A stretch of 64,000 nt of DNA, taken from assembly GCA_036676985.1 (NCBI GenBank), contig JAKFBU010000014.1:1-64000 (forward strand). Reading direction: 5' to 3'. Under the pieces are notes generated by a model. That model had not been told where the DNA came from, did no database searches, and saw only the letters and a program-made list of their open reading frames with translations. Origin of the DNA: Candidatus Sericytochromatia bacterium (GTDB lineage Bacteria; Cyanobacteriota; Sericytochromatia; S15B-MN24; UBA4093). Each line of letters opens with the position of its first letter. The stretch's first letter is position 1. The translations under genes and the position numbers were made by a program. Shown here in pieces: positions 37,113 to 47,188 of the stretch.

Positions 37113-37367
37113 ATGGCAGGCAGCGTTTCGTCCGCTCAGAGCGGCTACCAGGTCAACTCGACGTTCGATCGGGCGGTCGTCGCCCAGAACGCCAACCGCG
37201 CCAAGCTCGAGAAGCTGCAGAACCCCGGGATGTGGGGTGCCATCAAGGACAAGATCACGTTCAAGAGCGACGATCGGCAGCGCGAGGTCGAGACCCTCAA
37301 GCGCGCCAACGAGCTCATCGCCCAGATGCTCGAGATGGTCGCCCGCGCCTACCAGGGCATGCGCTAG
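37113..37367 (+). CDS. Small hypothetical protein
   Basis: SD GGAGGT; host-like codon usage. Confidence 0.6.
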   Translation: MAGSVSSAQSGYQVNSTFDRAVVAQNANRAKLEKLQNPGMWGAIKDKITFKSDDRQREVETLKRANELIAQMLEMVARAYQGMR

Positions 37368-37384
37368 GCACCCTTTCAACCAGC

Positions 37385-37420
37385 AAAAAAGAGGCCCCGT
37401 CCATCGGACGGGGCCTCTTG
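37385..37420. terminator. Bidirectional terminator-like hairpin
   Basis: AAAAAAGAGGCCCCGTCC-ATC-GGACGGGGCCTCTT between convergent genes. Confidence 0.75.
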
Positions 37421-37430
37421 CTACGTTCGC

Positions 37431-37613
37431 TTAAAGCTTGACCTTGACCTCGCGGATCTGGTCGACCAGCATGTCGAAGCCGTGGATGAGGCGATCGCTG
37501 ACCGAGAGCATGCCGCACTGGCCGCGGTCGCCGTCGTAGGGACGCCACAGCGCGCAGTCCGTAACGCACTCCGCCTTCTGGTTCGCGTAGCTCATGAACG
37601 GGCAGATAGCCAT
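37431..37613 (-). CDS. Small Cys-rich hypothetical protein
   Basis: CPF..C...CALW..C pattern; SD-like GAGG. Confidence 0.6.
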   Translation of the reverse strand: MAICPFMSYANQKAECVTDCALWRPYDGDRGQCGMLSVSDRLIHGFDMLVDQIREVKVKL

Positions 37614-37748
37614 TTTCAGTAGCCTCTTCCTTTGTTATGATGCGTATGGTCGCCTGACTTCGTCAGAATAGCCGATGACGAGAACCCGGGTCAAGCCGGG
37701 GCTTTGTTTTGCCCCCCTTCCCGGATCCGTAACGAAGAGCCCCGCTCG

Positions 37749-40700
37749 ATGTCCGAGTCGCCGACAACTCCACAGGACCCCTTTTCGGACGAGCTTCTGG
37801 TCGAGCTGCTCGTCGGCTCCCGGCTGGCGTCCATGGAGCAGATCGCCGAGGCCCGCGCCCGGGTCTCCGCGGGCGGGACCAACCCCGGCATCCCCCATAC
37901 TTACGCCTTCGCGCCGGACCCCATCGCCACGGGCCTGGTGGCCATCGACCCCAACACCCTCGAGATCGCCGAGCGGATCGTCCTCGGCGACGCGCCCGCA
38001 CCGTCGGACATCGGCGAGTGGCCCGCGGCCACCAGCGGGGACGTGCTCATCCTCTCCCCCAAGGAGGGGAGCCTCGTCGGGGCGGTGACGGCGTCCCACT
38101 CGCGGACGCTGGGCCTGATTCCCACGCCGCGGGGTGGCTTCTTCTTCATGGGCGTGCCGCCCACCAACCCGGACAGCCCGCGGCTCGCGACCCTGCTTGC
38201 GCCGGTCATGGCCCCGAGCGCGCCCAAGACGCACCCCCTCGACCTCGGCGTGTCGCCGGGCGGCGAGTTCGTCGTGGCCGCCAACCGGGGAGCGGGCACC
38301 GTGCACGTGGTGGTCGCCAACACCTGCCAGCAGGCGGGAGCCATCATGCTCCGCGCGGCGGGCTCGCGCCGGGCCATCGGCATGGCGGTCGATCGCAAGA
38401 CGGCCTACCTGACGGACGGCATGACGCCGCGCCTGACGATCCTGGATCTGGTGGCCCTCAAGGTCCGCCACCAGCCGTTCCCGACCGGTCCGCTCGGCCC
38501 CGTCGCGCTGACGCCCGACGGCTCCCACCTGCTCATCGTCTTCTACAAGGCCGGCGACGAGCTCGGGCTCCTGACGGTCTCGGTGGCCGACCTGCGGGTC
38601 CGCCACCTCATGAACCTGCCCGCCCACAAGTTCGCCGAGGGCCCCGGCGAGGCCATCGTCGTCTCCCCGGACGGCTCGCTCGCCTACATCCTGGCGGCGG
38701 ACGACGCGGGCGCGCCGCGCCTCTTCGTGGTCGACGTCCCCAAGCGCAAGCTCTCGGCCGAGATCCCCCTCCTGGGCCTGCCCCTGGGGCTGGCGTTCCC
38801 GCCTCCGCCGGACTGGCTGCCGCCGCGCCCCACCCTCGAGGACATGGTCGTCCAGATGGGGATCGCGACCCGTGAGGAGATCCGCGCCCTCCAGATGCCG
38901 GAGGACGAGGTCAGCCCGCTCTGGGACCCGGGCATCAACCCGCTGATCGTCTCGCAGCTGCCGGAGCGCCTGATCCGGAGCATGGGCATGGTGCCCATGA
39001 TGCGCGACGCCACCCACCTGTCGGTGGCCATGATCAACCCCCGCGACGCCGCGTGCCAGCAGCTCGCGTTGCAGCTCGCGGGCGGCCTCCAGCTGCGCCT
39101 CATCCCCATCGAGGTCGAGGAGCTGGAGCGCTTCATGACCGAGCGCTATCCCACCCTGATGGCGAGCTTCCAGGCCATGAAGAACGCCACGCCCGTCACG
39201 CGCAGCGAGGGTGGGCCGGCTCCGGGTGGCCCCGCTCCCGGTGGTCCCGCCCCAGGCGGACCCATGCCGGGTGGCCCGCGCCCAGGCGGCCCCTCACCCG
39301 GCGGACCCATGCCCGGCGGCCCTCAGCCGGGAGGTCCCGCGCCGACGCGTCCGGCGGCGGCCCCGCAGCCGACTCCTGCTCCGGGTCCGCAGCCCGGAGG
39401 CCCGCGGCCTGGCCCCGCGCCCGCTCCCCAGCCGACGCCCGCGGCCGAGACGCCCGCGCCGAAACCCGTCCCTGCTCCGGCCCCCCGGTCCGTCGAGGCG
39501 GCACCGGCGGCCCCGGCTCCTTTGGCCGGCCCGGCAGCACCCTCGGTCGAGACCCTGGTCTCCGGGAACGGGCGGCGCGTGATCCTCATCGAGAACCTCA
39601 AGCGGCGCCTGACGGAGGTGGATCGCGATCGCCCCGACGTCTGGACCTTCAAGGACATCGTGGCGGGCTCGGCATGCTACCTGCCCAACCAGCGCATGCT
39701 CGTCTCCGACACCAGCGCCAACCGCATCGTCGAGATCGATCCCCTCTCCTCCCAGATCGTGTGGACCTACGGGGACGGCGGCCGCGGCCTCCGGGGCCCG
39801 CGCTGGGCCGGACGCCTCTCGAACGGCAACACGCTGGTGGTCGACACGGGCAACCACCGCATCCTCGAGGTGACGACCGCCGGTCAGCAGGTCTGGACCC
39901 ATGGCGAGGCGGGCCGCGCCGGCTGCACGGGACACGGCCTCTTCAAACCGCATGCGGCGGTGCGCACGGCGGACGGCACCACGCTTATCGCCGACTCCGG
40001 CAATCACCGGGTCATCGAGGTGGACCCCAAGGGCGCCATCGTCTGGCAGTACGGCAACCAGAACAACCGCCTGGGCGGCAATCAGGGAAGCGGTCCCAAC
40101 CAGCTGTCCGAGCCCTCATGGGCCTCGCGCACCCCGGACGGCACGACGCTCGTCGCCGACACGGGCAACGGGCGCGTCGTGGAGATCGACCCGGCCAAGA
40201 CCGTCGTCTGGCAATATCGGGCGCCCCTCGCCAAGGGCGGCACCCCCATCAAGGACCCGTTCGCGGCGACGCGCCTCGCCAACGGCAACACCCTCGTCCT
40301 CGGACGCCAGGGCGTCATCGAGGTGGACGCCGAGCTCAACATCGTCTGGGAACACCACGTGGTGACGACCACGGCGAGCACGGCCCCCCTGCCCGCCACC
40401 GGTCCGCTGCCGGCCGCCGGGCCGCTCGAGATGCTGCGCCAGGCCTCAGGCCCCGAGCTGACCAAGCGCGTCGAGGCGGCGCCTCAGACCCACCTGGGCA
40501 GCGAACTGCCGGCAAACTTCCCGGACAGCTTCATGCTGGCGGACCGGACGGGTGGACGGGTGGTCGAGATCGACCGCAAGATGCAGATCTTCTGGCAGTT
40601 CTCGGGCTTCTCGGGCGGGGCGGGCAACCGCCTGGTGGCTCCCAACTACGTCACGCGCCTGCCCAACGGGGGGACGCTCATCGCCGACACCGGCAACCAC

Positions 40701-41348
40701 CGGGTGATCGAAGTGCGCGACCAGAGCATCGTCTGGCAGTTCGGCAAGTCCGGCGAGGCCGGGGGCGGGCCGCGCCACGTCTCGCAGCCGCGGAGCGCCG
40801 AGCGCACGCCGCAGGGCACCATGCTGATCGCGGACTTCGGCAACCGCCGCGTGATCGAGGTGACGGTGGCCGGCGAGGTGCGCTGGGGACGCGAGGGCTT
40901 CAAGGGCCCGTGCTACGCGAGCCGCCTCTCGTCGGGCAACACGCTGGTCACAGATTGGGCGGATCACCAGGTGCTCGAGATCGACGCCAAGGGCGCCGTG
41001 GTCTGGTCATACGGCCAGAGCGGCTACAGCGGCTCGGGCGATAACCAGCTCTTCCACCCCGAGCACGCGGTGCGCCTGGAGAACGGGCACACGCTCATCT
41101 CGGATACGCAGAACCACCGGGTCATCGAGGTGGACGCCGAGCGTCGCATCGTGTGGCAATACGGCGGCGCGCCCGAGTACCTGGGCCGCAAGGGCCGCTT
41201 TGGCATGCAGTTCAACACGCCGGTCTATGCCTGGCGTCTGCCGGAAGGCACCACCGTCGTCACGCATGCGGGCAAGAACCACGTGATCGAGCTCGATGCG
41301 GAGCTCAACATTCTCTGGCACTTCACGCTAGCGCCGGATCGGCGCTAG
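37749..41348 (+). CDS. Multidomain protein: beta-propeller, GspE/PilB N-terminal-like domain, Pro/Gly linker, NHL-like propellers
   Basis: LPERLIRSMGMVP..LSVAMINPRD; many L.ADTGNHRVIEVD..VWQYG repeats; no signal peptide. Confidence 0.75.
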   Translation: MSESPTTPQDPFSDELLVELLVGSRLASMEQIAEARARVSAGGTNPGIPHTYAFAPDPIATGLVAIDPNTLEIAERIVLGDAPAPSDIGEWPAATSGDVLILSPKEGSLVGAVTASHSRTLGLIPTPRGGFFFMGVPPTNPDSPRLATLLAPVMAPSAPKTHPLDLGVSPGGEFVVAANRGAGTVHVVVANTCQQAGAIMLRAAGSRRAIGMAVDRKTAYLTDGMTPRLTILDLVALKVRHQPFPTGPLGPVALTPDGSHLLIVFYKAGDELGLLTVSVADLRVRHLMNLPAHKFAEGPGEAIVVSPDGSLAYILAADDAGAPRLFVVDVPKRKLSAEIPLLGLPLGLAFPPPPDWLPPRPTLEDMVVQMGIATREEIRALQMPEDEVSPLWDPGINPLIVSQLPERLIRSMGMVPMMRDATHLSVAMINPRDAACQQLALQLAGGLQLRLIPIEVEELERFMTERYPTLMASFQAMKNATPVTRSEGGPAPGGPAPGGPAPGGPMPGGPRPGGPSPGGPMPGGPQPGGPAPTRPAAAPQPTPAPGPQPGGPRPGPAPAPQPTPAAETPAPKPVPAPAPRSVEAAPAAPAPLAGPAAPSVETLVSGNGRRVILIENLKRRLTEVDRDRPDVWTFKDIVAGSACYLPNQRMLVSDTSANRIVEIDPLSSQIVWTYGDGGRGLRGPRWAGRLSNGNTLVVDTGNHRILEVTTAGQQVWTHGEAGRAGCTGHGLFKPHAAVRTADGTTLIADSGNHRVIEVDPKGAIVWQYGNQNNRLGGNQGSGPNQLSEPSWASRTPDGTTLVADTGNGRVVEIDPAKTVVWQYRAPLAKGGTPIKDPFAATRLANGNTLVLGRQGVIEVDAELNIVWEHHVVTTTASTAPLPATGPLPAAGPLEMLRQASGPELTKRVEAAPQTHLGSELPANFPDSFMLADRTGGRVVEIDRKMQIFWQFSGFSGGAGNRLVAPNYVTRLPNGGTLIADTGNHRVIEVRDQSIVWQFGKSGEAGGGPRHVSQPRSAERTPQGTMLIADFGNRRVIEVTVAGEVRWGREGFKGPCYASRLSSGNTLVTDWADHQVLEIDAKGAVVWSYGQSGYSGSGDNQLFHPEHAVRLENGHTLISDTQNHRVIEVDAERRIVWQYGGAPEYLGRKGRFGMQFNTPVYAWRLPEGTTVVTHAGKNHVIELDAELNILWHFTLAPDRR
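39209..39345 (+). repeat. Coding 15-bp tandem repeat, GGPxP x9
   Basis: GGPAPGGPAPGGPAPGGPMPGGPRPGGPSPGGPMPGGPQPGGPAP. Confidence 0.85.
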
Positions 41349-41567
41349 CTCGCTCAGCTCGACCAACGTCGACAGCAGCTCCAGATCTTCGGCGGGCGTG
41401 TCCTCGGCCACCACCGCCGCCACCTCCTGCGAGGAGCCCATCGGGCCCGTGTGGGCGCAGAGGCGCTGCGCGATGTCATTGCCGAAGCGGCCCATCGCCT
41501 CGTTGAGCAGGGCATCCAGGTCCCCGAAGCCGGCCGCGTTGAGGTCGTGCAGAAAGATCACCGTCAT
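41328..41567 (-). CDS. Small hypothetical protein
   Basis: SD GGAGG; follows the YaeQ-like gene. Confidence 0.45.
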   Translation of the reverse strand: MTVIFLHDLNAAGFGDLDALLNEAMGRFGNDIAQRLCAHTGPMGSSQEVAAVVAEDTPAEDLELLSTLVELSELAPIRR

Positions 41568-41632
41568 GGCATTTCCCTCCACGGCAGATTATTGGCGCCT
41601 CGGCAGGGAACGGCAAGAACCGGACGGTGCTT

Positions 41633-42109
41633 TTAGAAGTGGAAGACGTCGTAGCTGGCGTCGGGAATGATGACCTGCTCGGGGTCGAGCCACTCTTCGA
41701 CCGGCTGGACGAAGTTGTAGAGCGTCAGGTGGCGGTGGGTGTACTTGTAGTGGATGTTGCGCCGGAGGGTGGCGACCACCGCGTCGAGGTCGGGTTCCTG
41801 GAGCAGGAGGATGATCGGGGCATGGACGTGCCGGCACGTGTACTCCAGGCGCTGGAGGTTGAGGTCGTCCACGTTCACCCAGAAGGTCGGCTCGCCCGTG
41901 ACGTCGACGGCCACCAGGTCGCCTGGATACTTGAACCGTAGCTTGGCGTCGAACTCCAGCCCCTCGTGGTCCCGGTGGAAAAGCGCATAGGCGGCCGCCT
42001 TCAAGAGCAGGTGCCGCGTCGTCTCGTCCTTCTTCTTGTAGAGCACGATCTGGTCCCGGCGTCCGAACCGGAAGCGAACCTGCCCCTGTGCCTCGAGGTT
42101 GCCGATCAT
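41633..42109 (-). CDS. YaeQ-like protein
   Basis: ETTRHLLLKAAAYALF..GDLVAVD..GEPTFW pattern. Confidence 0.55.
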   Translation of the reverse strand: MIGNLEAQGQVRFRFGRRDQIVLYKKKDETTRHLLLKAAAYALFHRDHEGLEFDAKLRFKYPGDLVAVDVTGEPTFWVNVDDLNLQRLEYTCRHVHAPIILLLQEPDLDAVVATLRRNIHYKYTHRHLTLYNFVQPVEEWLDPEQVIIPDASYDVFHF

Positions 42110-42324
42110 GGCCCGATCATACCACGCACCCCCTCAGGAACCGTGACCGGATGCACGTTTTCGCCGAAATCCGCCGACCCGGCGAGCGCTCGGGCGGCCG
42201 CCGCCGCCGAGCGACACCGTGACGGTCTTAATCTAATCTTAACGAAAGTCGCTCCTCTTGAGGTCATATATTAATCGTAGCTTAGTATTGTCTTAAACTT
42301 GATGATCGAACCGAGGAGTCCGAC

Positions 42325-42891
42325 GTGACCATTCAAACAGTGACGACGACCCGCCTGGGCGCGCTTCCGACGGCGCTCATGCCGGTGTCCGGCGATACGG
42401 CGGTTCAACCGCTCGGCATGTCCCCCGATCAGCTCTCGCTCGGCAGCCCGGCCGATCGGGGCGCGCAGCCCGTGCGGGCCCAGGGCGGCATCCTCGACTG
42501 GTTCGTGGGCGTCATCGACGTCGTCTTCGGCCGCGGCCGCTACGACTACGGCTACGGCGACCCGTACGGCTATCCGGACTACCGACACTCCTACCCCATG
42601 CCGGGCCGGATTCCTCCCGAGACCTCGTATGGCCCCCAGATCATGCGGATCCTGGACGACTACGATCGTCAGCTGGAGATGCTCAACCAGCAGTACTACC
42701 GCATGAACAACCAGGCCTGGGCCCGCCGGGAGCGGAACCTGTGGGAGCAGACCAGCGAGCGGATCGTCCGCTCGTGGGGGTCGCGCGAGGAGAAGCTCGC
42801 CGCCCTGGGCCACGTGCACAACTCGTCGAGCATGCCGACGGCTGCCTTTCAGCAGTATGCACGGCAGGTCGGGGGCTTCCCCCGCTACTAA
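42325..42891 (+). CDS. Hypothetical protein
   Basis: SD GAGGAG before GTG; host-like codon usage. Confidence 0.6.
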   Translation: MTIQTVTTTRLGALPTALMPVSGDTAVQPLGMSPDQLSLGSPADRGAQPVRAQGGILDWFVGVIDVVFGRGRYDYGYGDPYGYPDYRHSYPMPGRIPPETSYGPQIMRILDDYDRQLEMLNQQYYRMNNQAWARRERNLWEQTSERIVRSWGSREEKLAALGHVHNSSSMPTAAFQQYARQVGGFPRY

Positions 42892-42946
42892 TCGGACGCC
42901 CTGAAGCTGGGAGCCCCCCGCGCGAGCGGGGGGCTCCTCTTGGTGG

Positions 42947-43327
42947 CTAGCCGCCGTATGGGTGGTCCGGATCCTCGTCCTCCGCCTCGGCGTTTCCGGG
43001 CGAGACGCCGGACTGCCGATGCTGCGCGGGATGCTCGTCCGGAAAGATCGGCACGAGGCTGTCGAGCGCCGACTGAGGCGTGTCCCGCAGCTCGGCCGGC
43101 ACGCCGTCCTCGGCCGGGGGCGGCTCGATGCCGCTCATCCATGCCAGGGAGTTGACCTTCGGCGCCTGCGTCTGGGCCTGCAGCGGCCGCGGCTCCTGCG
43201 GGGCGCCGACCACCCCCGGGCCGTTGCCGAGGGCCGTCGTGGAGCCGTTGTCGATCTGCTCGCGCACGTCGCGGTTCAGCTCCTGGAACTCCGGGGGAAG
43301 GTCCTGGGATCGACCGAGGTTCGCCAT
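42947..43327 (-). CDS. Hypothetical acidic/Pro-rich protein
   Basis: SD GAGGAGG; host-like codon usage. Confidence 0.6.
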   Translation of the reverse strand: MANLGRSQDLPPEFQELNRDVREQIDNGSTTALGNGPGVVGAPQEPRPLQAQTQAPKVNSLAWMSGIEPPPAEDGVPAELRDTPQSALDSLVPIFPDEHPAQHRQSGVSPGNAEAEDEDPDHPYGG

Positions 43328-43474
43328 CTTCCGCCTCCTCGCTTCAAGTGCCGAGACACCCCCACCTTACGCAGCCGCCGCGATGGGGGTCAATCGTCGT
43401 TCGCAGGCTCGTCGCCGTGACGTCCTCCGCGCCGGTCGTTATAATGGAGGGTCTACAAAGGAGGAGTTTCCCGA

Positions 43475-44584
43475 ATGGCCAATGCCGTCCAAGCTGCTGC
43501 GGAGAACATCGTCATCCACGGCACCGATTACGTCGAGTTCTACGTGGGCAATGCCAAGCAGGCTGCCTATTTCTACCAGAAAGCCTTCGGCTTCAACGTC
43601 GTGGCCTACGCCGGGCCTGAAACGGGCGTGCGCGATCGCGCGAGCTACGTGCTCCAGCAGAACAAGATCCGCTTCGTCCTGAGCACCGGCCTCACGCCCG
43701 ACCACCCCATCTCCGAGCACGTCAAGCAGCACGGTGACGGCGTCAAGGACGTCGCGCTGTGGGTCGAGGATGCGCGCAAGGCCTACGACCTCGCGGTCGC
43801 GCGCGGTGGCAAGGGCCTCATGGCCCCTACCGAGCAGCGTGACGAGCACGGCTCGGTCGTGCTCGCGTCGGTCGCCACCTACGGCGACACCGTCCACACC
43901 TTCGTGGAGCGCAAGGCCTACCTCGGCGCGTTCCTGCCCGGCTTCGCGCCCGCCCAGGGACTTGGCCAGCCCACGTCCGGCCTCGAGTACATCGACCACG
44001 TCGTCGGTAACGTCGGCTGGAACGAGATGAACACCTGGGTGGACTTCTACCGCCAGATCTTCGGTTTCCACCAGTTCGCCAACTTCGACGACAAGGACAT
44101 CAGCACCGAGTACTCGGCGCTTCGCTCCGTGGTGGTCGCCAACGACAACGGGCGGATCAAGTTCCCGCTCAACGAGCCGGCCGAGGGCAAGAAGAAGTCG
44201 CAGATCGAGGAGTACATCCAGTCCTACGGCTCGCCCGGCGTGCAGCACCTGGCGCTCATCACCAACGACATCGTGAGCACCGTCCGCCAACTGCGGGCCA
44301 ACGGCGTCGAGTTCCTCTCGACTCCCGCCTCGTACTACGAGGACCTGCTCGATCGCGTGGGCGCCATCCAGGAGGACATCGCGGTCCTCAAGGAGAACGG
44401 CATCCTGGTGGACGTGGACGACAAGGGCTACATGCTCCAGATCTTCACCAAGCCGCTCGAGGACCGGCCCACCGTGTTCTTCGAGATCATCCAGCGCCGC
44501 GGCTCGGAGAGCTTCGGAAAGGGCAACTTCAAGGCCCTCTTCGAGTCCATCGAGCGTGAGCAGGATCGACGTGGGAATCTGTAA
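43475..44584 (+). CDS. hppD: 4-hydroxyphenylpyruvate dioxygenase
   Basis: YIDHVVGNV, SQIEEY, GVQHLAL, FFEIIQR, FGKGNFKALF. Confidence 0.95.
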   Translation: MANAVQAAAENIVIHGTDYVEFYVGNAKQAAYFYQKAFGFNVVAYAGPETGVRDRASYVLQQNKIRFVLSTGLTPDHPISEHVKQHGDGVKDVALWVEDARKAYDLAVARGGKGLMAPTEQRDEHGSVVLASVATYGDTVHTFVERKAYLGAFLPGFAPAQGLGQPTSGLEYIDHVVGNVGWNEMNTWVDFYRQIFGFHQFANFDDKDISTEYSALRSVVVANDNGRIKFPLNEPAEGKKKSQIEEYIQSYGSPGVQHLALITNDIVSTVRQLRANGVEFLSTPASYYEDLLDRVGAIQEDIAVLKENGILVDVDDKGYMLQIFTKPLEDRPTVFFEIIQRRGSESFGKGNFKALFESIEREQDRRGNL

Positions 44585-44754
44585 GATCTCCGGCCGACTC
44601 TATCAAGTTTGGGCCGCTGATCGTCGATAACACCAGTGAAAGCCGCACTGGGCGGCCGTTCTCCGTGCCGTCCAGTGCTGTCTTGGTTGAAAGTCGGTTA
44701 TAATGCCGATATTAACCGCCTGTAATACGCTGGCGGACCGAAAGGGGGGATTGG

Positions 44755-44976
44755 ATGCTAAAGGAGGACATGATCGAACTGGAGGGGACCGTCATGGAGG
44801 CATTGCCCAATGCGATGTTCCGCGTCAACCTTCCGAACGGTCACACGGTTCTGGCTCACCTGGCCGGCAAGATGCGCAAGCACTTCATCAAAGTCTTGCC
44901 TGGCGACAAGGTCAAGGTGGAGCTGAGTCCCTATGACCTCACCCGTGGTCGGATCACCTTCCGACTCCGTGGCTAG
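44755..44976 (+). CDS. infA: Translation initiation factor IF-1
   Basis: [35 protein letters not shown]. Confidence 0.95.
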   Translation: MLKEDMIELEGTVMEALPNAMFRVNLPNGHTVLAHLAGKMRKHFIKVLPGDKVKVELSPYDLTRGRITFRLRG

Positions 44977-45019
44977 GAGGCCCGCATGAAACAAGGCCGC
45001 TGAGGGCGATCGCTTCCAC

Positions 45020-45766
45020 ATGGCGACGCCCTCTTTGCTCTCCCGCACCCGCGTGGTGCTGGTCCATCCCTTCTTCCCCGAGAACATCGGCTCTGTGGCC
45101 CGCGCCATGGACAACTCCGGCCTGAGCCGGATGGTGATCGCCGATCCGGGGCCGGCCCTGCCCGACCATCCCAACGCCCACAAACTCGCCTCTCATGCCA
45201 CCGGGATACTGGAGCATGCAGTCGTGGCGCCCTCCCTGGAGGCGGCCCTCGAAGGCGTCAGCCTGGCGGTCGGCACGACGCAGCATGTGCTCCAGGACGT
45301 GCCGATGATCCTGCCGCGTGAGGCCGCCCGGCTCGCGGCACGCCATGCGGCGGGGGGCGGCGAGGTGGCGCTCGTCTTCGGCAACGAGAAGAATGGCCTC
45401 ACGCGCGAGGCCATGCGCCGCTGCCACCAGATCGTCCGCATCCCGACCAATAGCGAGAACCCGTCGCTCAACCTCTCCCAGGCCGTCATGATCCTGGCCT
45501 ACGAGTGGCTCCTGGCGTCCATGGAGGCCGAGCCTGAGGCCGCCGAGACGCCGCTGACGGCGCTCGATCCCGAGGCCGCCCGGGTGGCGGCGGACCTTGC
45601 GGAGGCGTTGCAGGCAGGCGGCTTCTTCAAGCCGCACAACCGCTCGCAGAAGGAGGCCGTGATTCGGCGGGTCCTGTCGCGGGCGTTTCTGTTGCCCGAG
45701 GAGGTCTCCATGTTCCGGGGGCTGGCGCAGCGGCTCGGGCGATTACTCGAACGCGCGGATCGCTAG
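45020..45766 (+). CDS. TrmJ/TrmH family SPOUT RNA methyltransferase
   Basis: PENIGSVARAM, VFGNEKNGL, SLNLSQAV. Confidence 0.9.
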   Translation: MATPSLLSRTRVVLVHPFFPENIGSVARAMDNSGLSRMVIADPGPALPDHPNAHKLASHATGILEHAVVAPSLEAALEGVSLAVGTTQHVLQDVPMILPREAARLAARHAAGGGEVALVFGNEKNGLTREAMRRCHQIVRIPTNSENPSLNLSQAVMILAYEWLLASMEAEPEAAETPLTALDPEAARVAADLAEALQAGGFFKPHNRSQKEAVIRRVLSRAFLLPEEVSMFRGLAQRLGRLLERADR

Positions 45767-46644
45767 AGGTCGTCCCAGGACTCCGGCGGCGGCTCGATGA
45801 ACTCGAGCCGATTTTCGCTGCAAGGGTGGTCGAAGGCCAGCCGGGCCGCATGCAGGGCCATCGTCTCGCGGGGCGTCCCGTAGACCGGGTCTCCCCAGAC
45901 GGGATGGCCGATTTGCTGGAGGTGCACCCGGATCTGGTGGGTACGGCCGGTCTCGAGCCTCAGCCGCAGGAGGCTCCGGGCGTCGCCGCTCCGTTCGACC
46001 TCGTAGTGGGTGATGGCGGGCTTGCCGCTCGCGGTCACGATGACCCGGCTCGGCTCCGCCGGATCCCGTGCTAGGGGGAAGGTGAGGGTGCCCGAGCCTT
46101 CCAGGCGCCCCTCCACCCAGGCCAGGTACTCCCGCTCGAACTCGCGATCGTGGACGGCCCGGACGAGCCGTTTGTGGGCCCGGTCGGTCTTGGCGAAGAC
46201 GAGCAGGCCGCTGGTGTCCCGGTCGAGCCGGTGGACGATCCCGGGTCCGGCGACGCCGCCGATGCCGGGCCAGTCCGGTACGCTGTGGAGCAGGGCATTG
46301 ACGCAGCTGCCGCTCCACCAGCCGGGGCCGGGGTGGGTGGCCATGCCCGTCGGCTTGGCGACGACCACCAGGTGCCGGTCCTCGTGGCGGATGGGCAGCG
46401 GTAGATCTTCGGGGGGCGCCGGGTGTGGAGTCGGGGGCGGGGGGAAGACCTCGACCACTTGGCCGGGCGCGAGCCAGCGGGTGGCCTTGGAGCGATCGCC
46501 GTCCACGAGGATGCGGCCTGCCTTGACCCATTCGCGAATGGCGGGGCGGCCGACGTCCTCCAGGTGCGCCGAGACGAAGGCCTCGAGGGACACGGGGGGA
46601 TCGGCGGCGGGCGCGATGAAGCGGAGGGGCGGCGAATCGGTCAT
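45763..46644 (-). CDS. RluA/RluD family pseudouridine synthase
   Basis: S4-like N-terminus, GIVHRLDRDTSG, LETGRTHQIRVH. Confidence 0.95.
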   Translation of the reverse strand: MTDSPPLRFIAPAADPPVSLEAFVSAHLEDVGRPAIREWVKAGRILVDGDRSKATRWLAPGQVVEVFPPPPTPHPAPPEDLPLPIRHEDRHLVVVAKPTGMATHPGPGWWSGSCVNALLHSVPDWPGIGGVAGPGIVHRLDRDTSGLLVFAKTDRAHKRLVRAVHDREFEREYLAWVEGRLEGSGTLTFPLARDPAEPSRVIVTASGKPAITHYEVERSGDARSLLRLRLETGRTHQIRVHLQQIGHPVWGDPVYGTPRETMALHAARLAFDHPCSENRLEFIEPPPESWDDL

Positions 46645-46669
46645 GCGTCCACTTTACCGCATCGCGTCG

Positions 46670-46966
46670 CTAGGAGCGGCGGCTGTCCAGGACGGTGTCG
46701 AACCATTCGGCGCTGGGACGGGCGATGGCGAGGACGGCCTTCATCTTCGGGGCGAGGGCGGAGTCCTTGCCTGCCTCGCGCTGGTGGTCCAGGGATTCCC
46801 ATTCGGCGTAGGTCATGTACTTGCCGGATCCGTTGTTGGACCGGTGCAGGCGCACGCCGCAGAAGCCCGGCTTCGTCTTGAGCAGGTCGACGACGGCCGC
46901 GAAGGCGGTTTCGAACTTGTCTCCCGCGTTGGGCGGGACCTCGTAGGTGTTTACGCAGACGATCAT
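46670..46966 (-). CDS. Antibiotic biosynthesis monooxygenase (ABM) family protein
   Basis: PGFCGVRLHRS...YMTYAEWES. Confidence 0.8.
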   Translation of the reverse strand: MIVCVNTYEVPPNAGDKFETAFAAVVDLLKTKPGFCGVRLHRSNNGSGKYMTYAEWESLDHQREAGKDSALAPKMKAVLAIARPSAEWFDTVLDSRRS

Positions 46967-47025
46967 GCAGGCTCCGGCGGCTGAGAGGCTCCTGCATACA
47001 CTTTTACCCGGCTAGGGGTGGATAA

Positions 47026-47170
47026 GGAACCGTTTGCCTTTCGGCCAGGCTCAAGACAAACGGAATTGTTGTGGGGGCGCGAGCGGTATGCCCCTTGAAC
47101 TGAGTAGCGATCCCTTGAGGTCGACAACCATCCCGTTCACCCTGAGCCTGTCGAAGGGCGAACGGTTCCT
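47026..47170. repeat. Inverted pair of REP-like elements (CCTTCGACAGGCTCAGGG type)
   Basis: AGGAACCGTTTGCCTTTCGGCCAGGCTCAAG ... CCTGAGCCTGTCGAAGGGCGAACGGTTCCT. Confidence 0.7.
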
Positions 47171-47188
47171 CATTTGCACGACCCCTGA

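Noticed and set aside
43475-44584. hppD linked to the mevalonate operon for prenylquinone synthesis
   Set aside because: 16 kb apart with no prenyltransferase in the window; ordinary tyrosine catabolism explains it.
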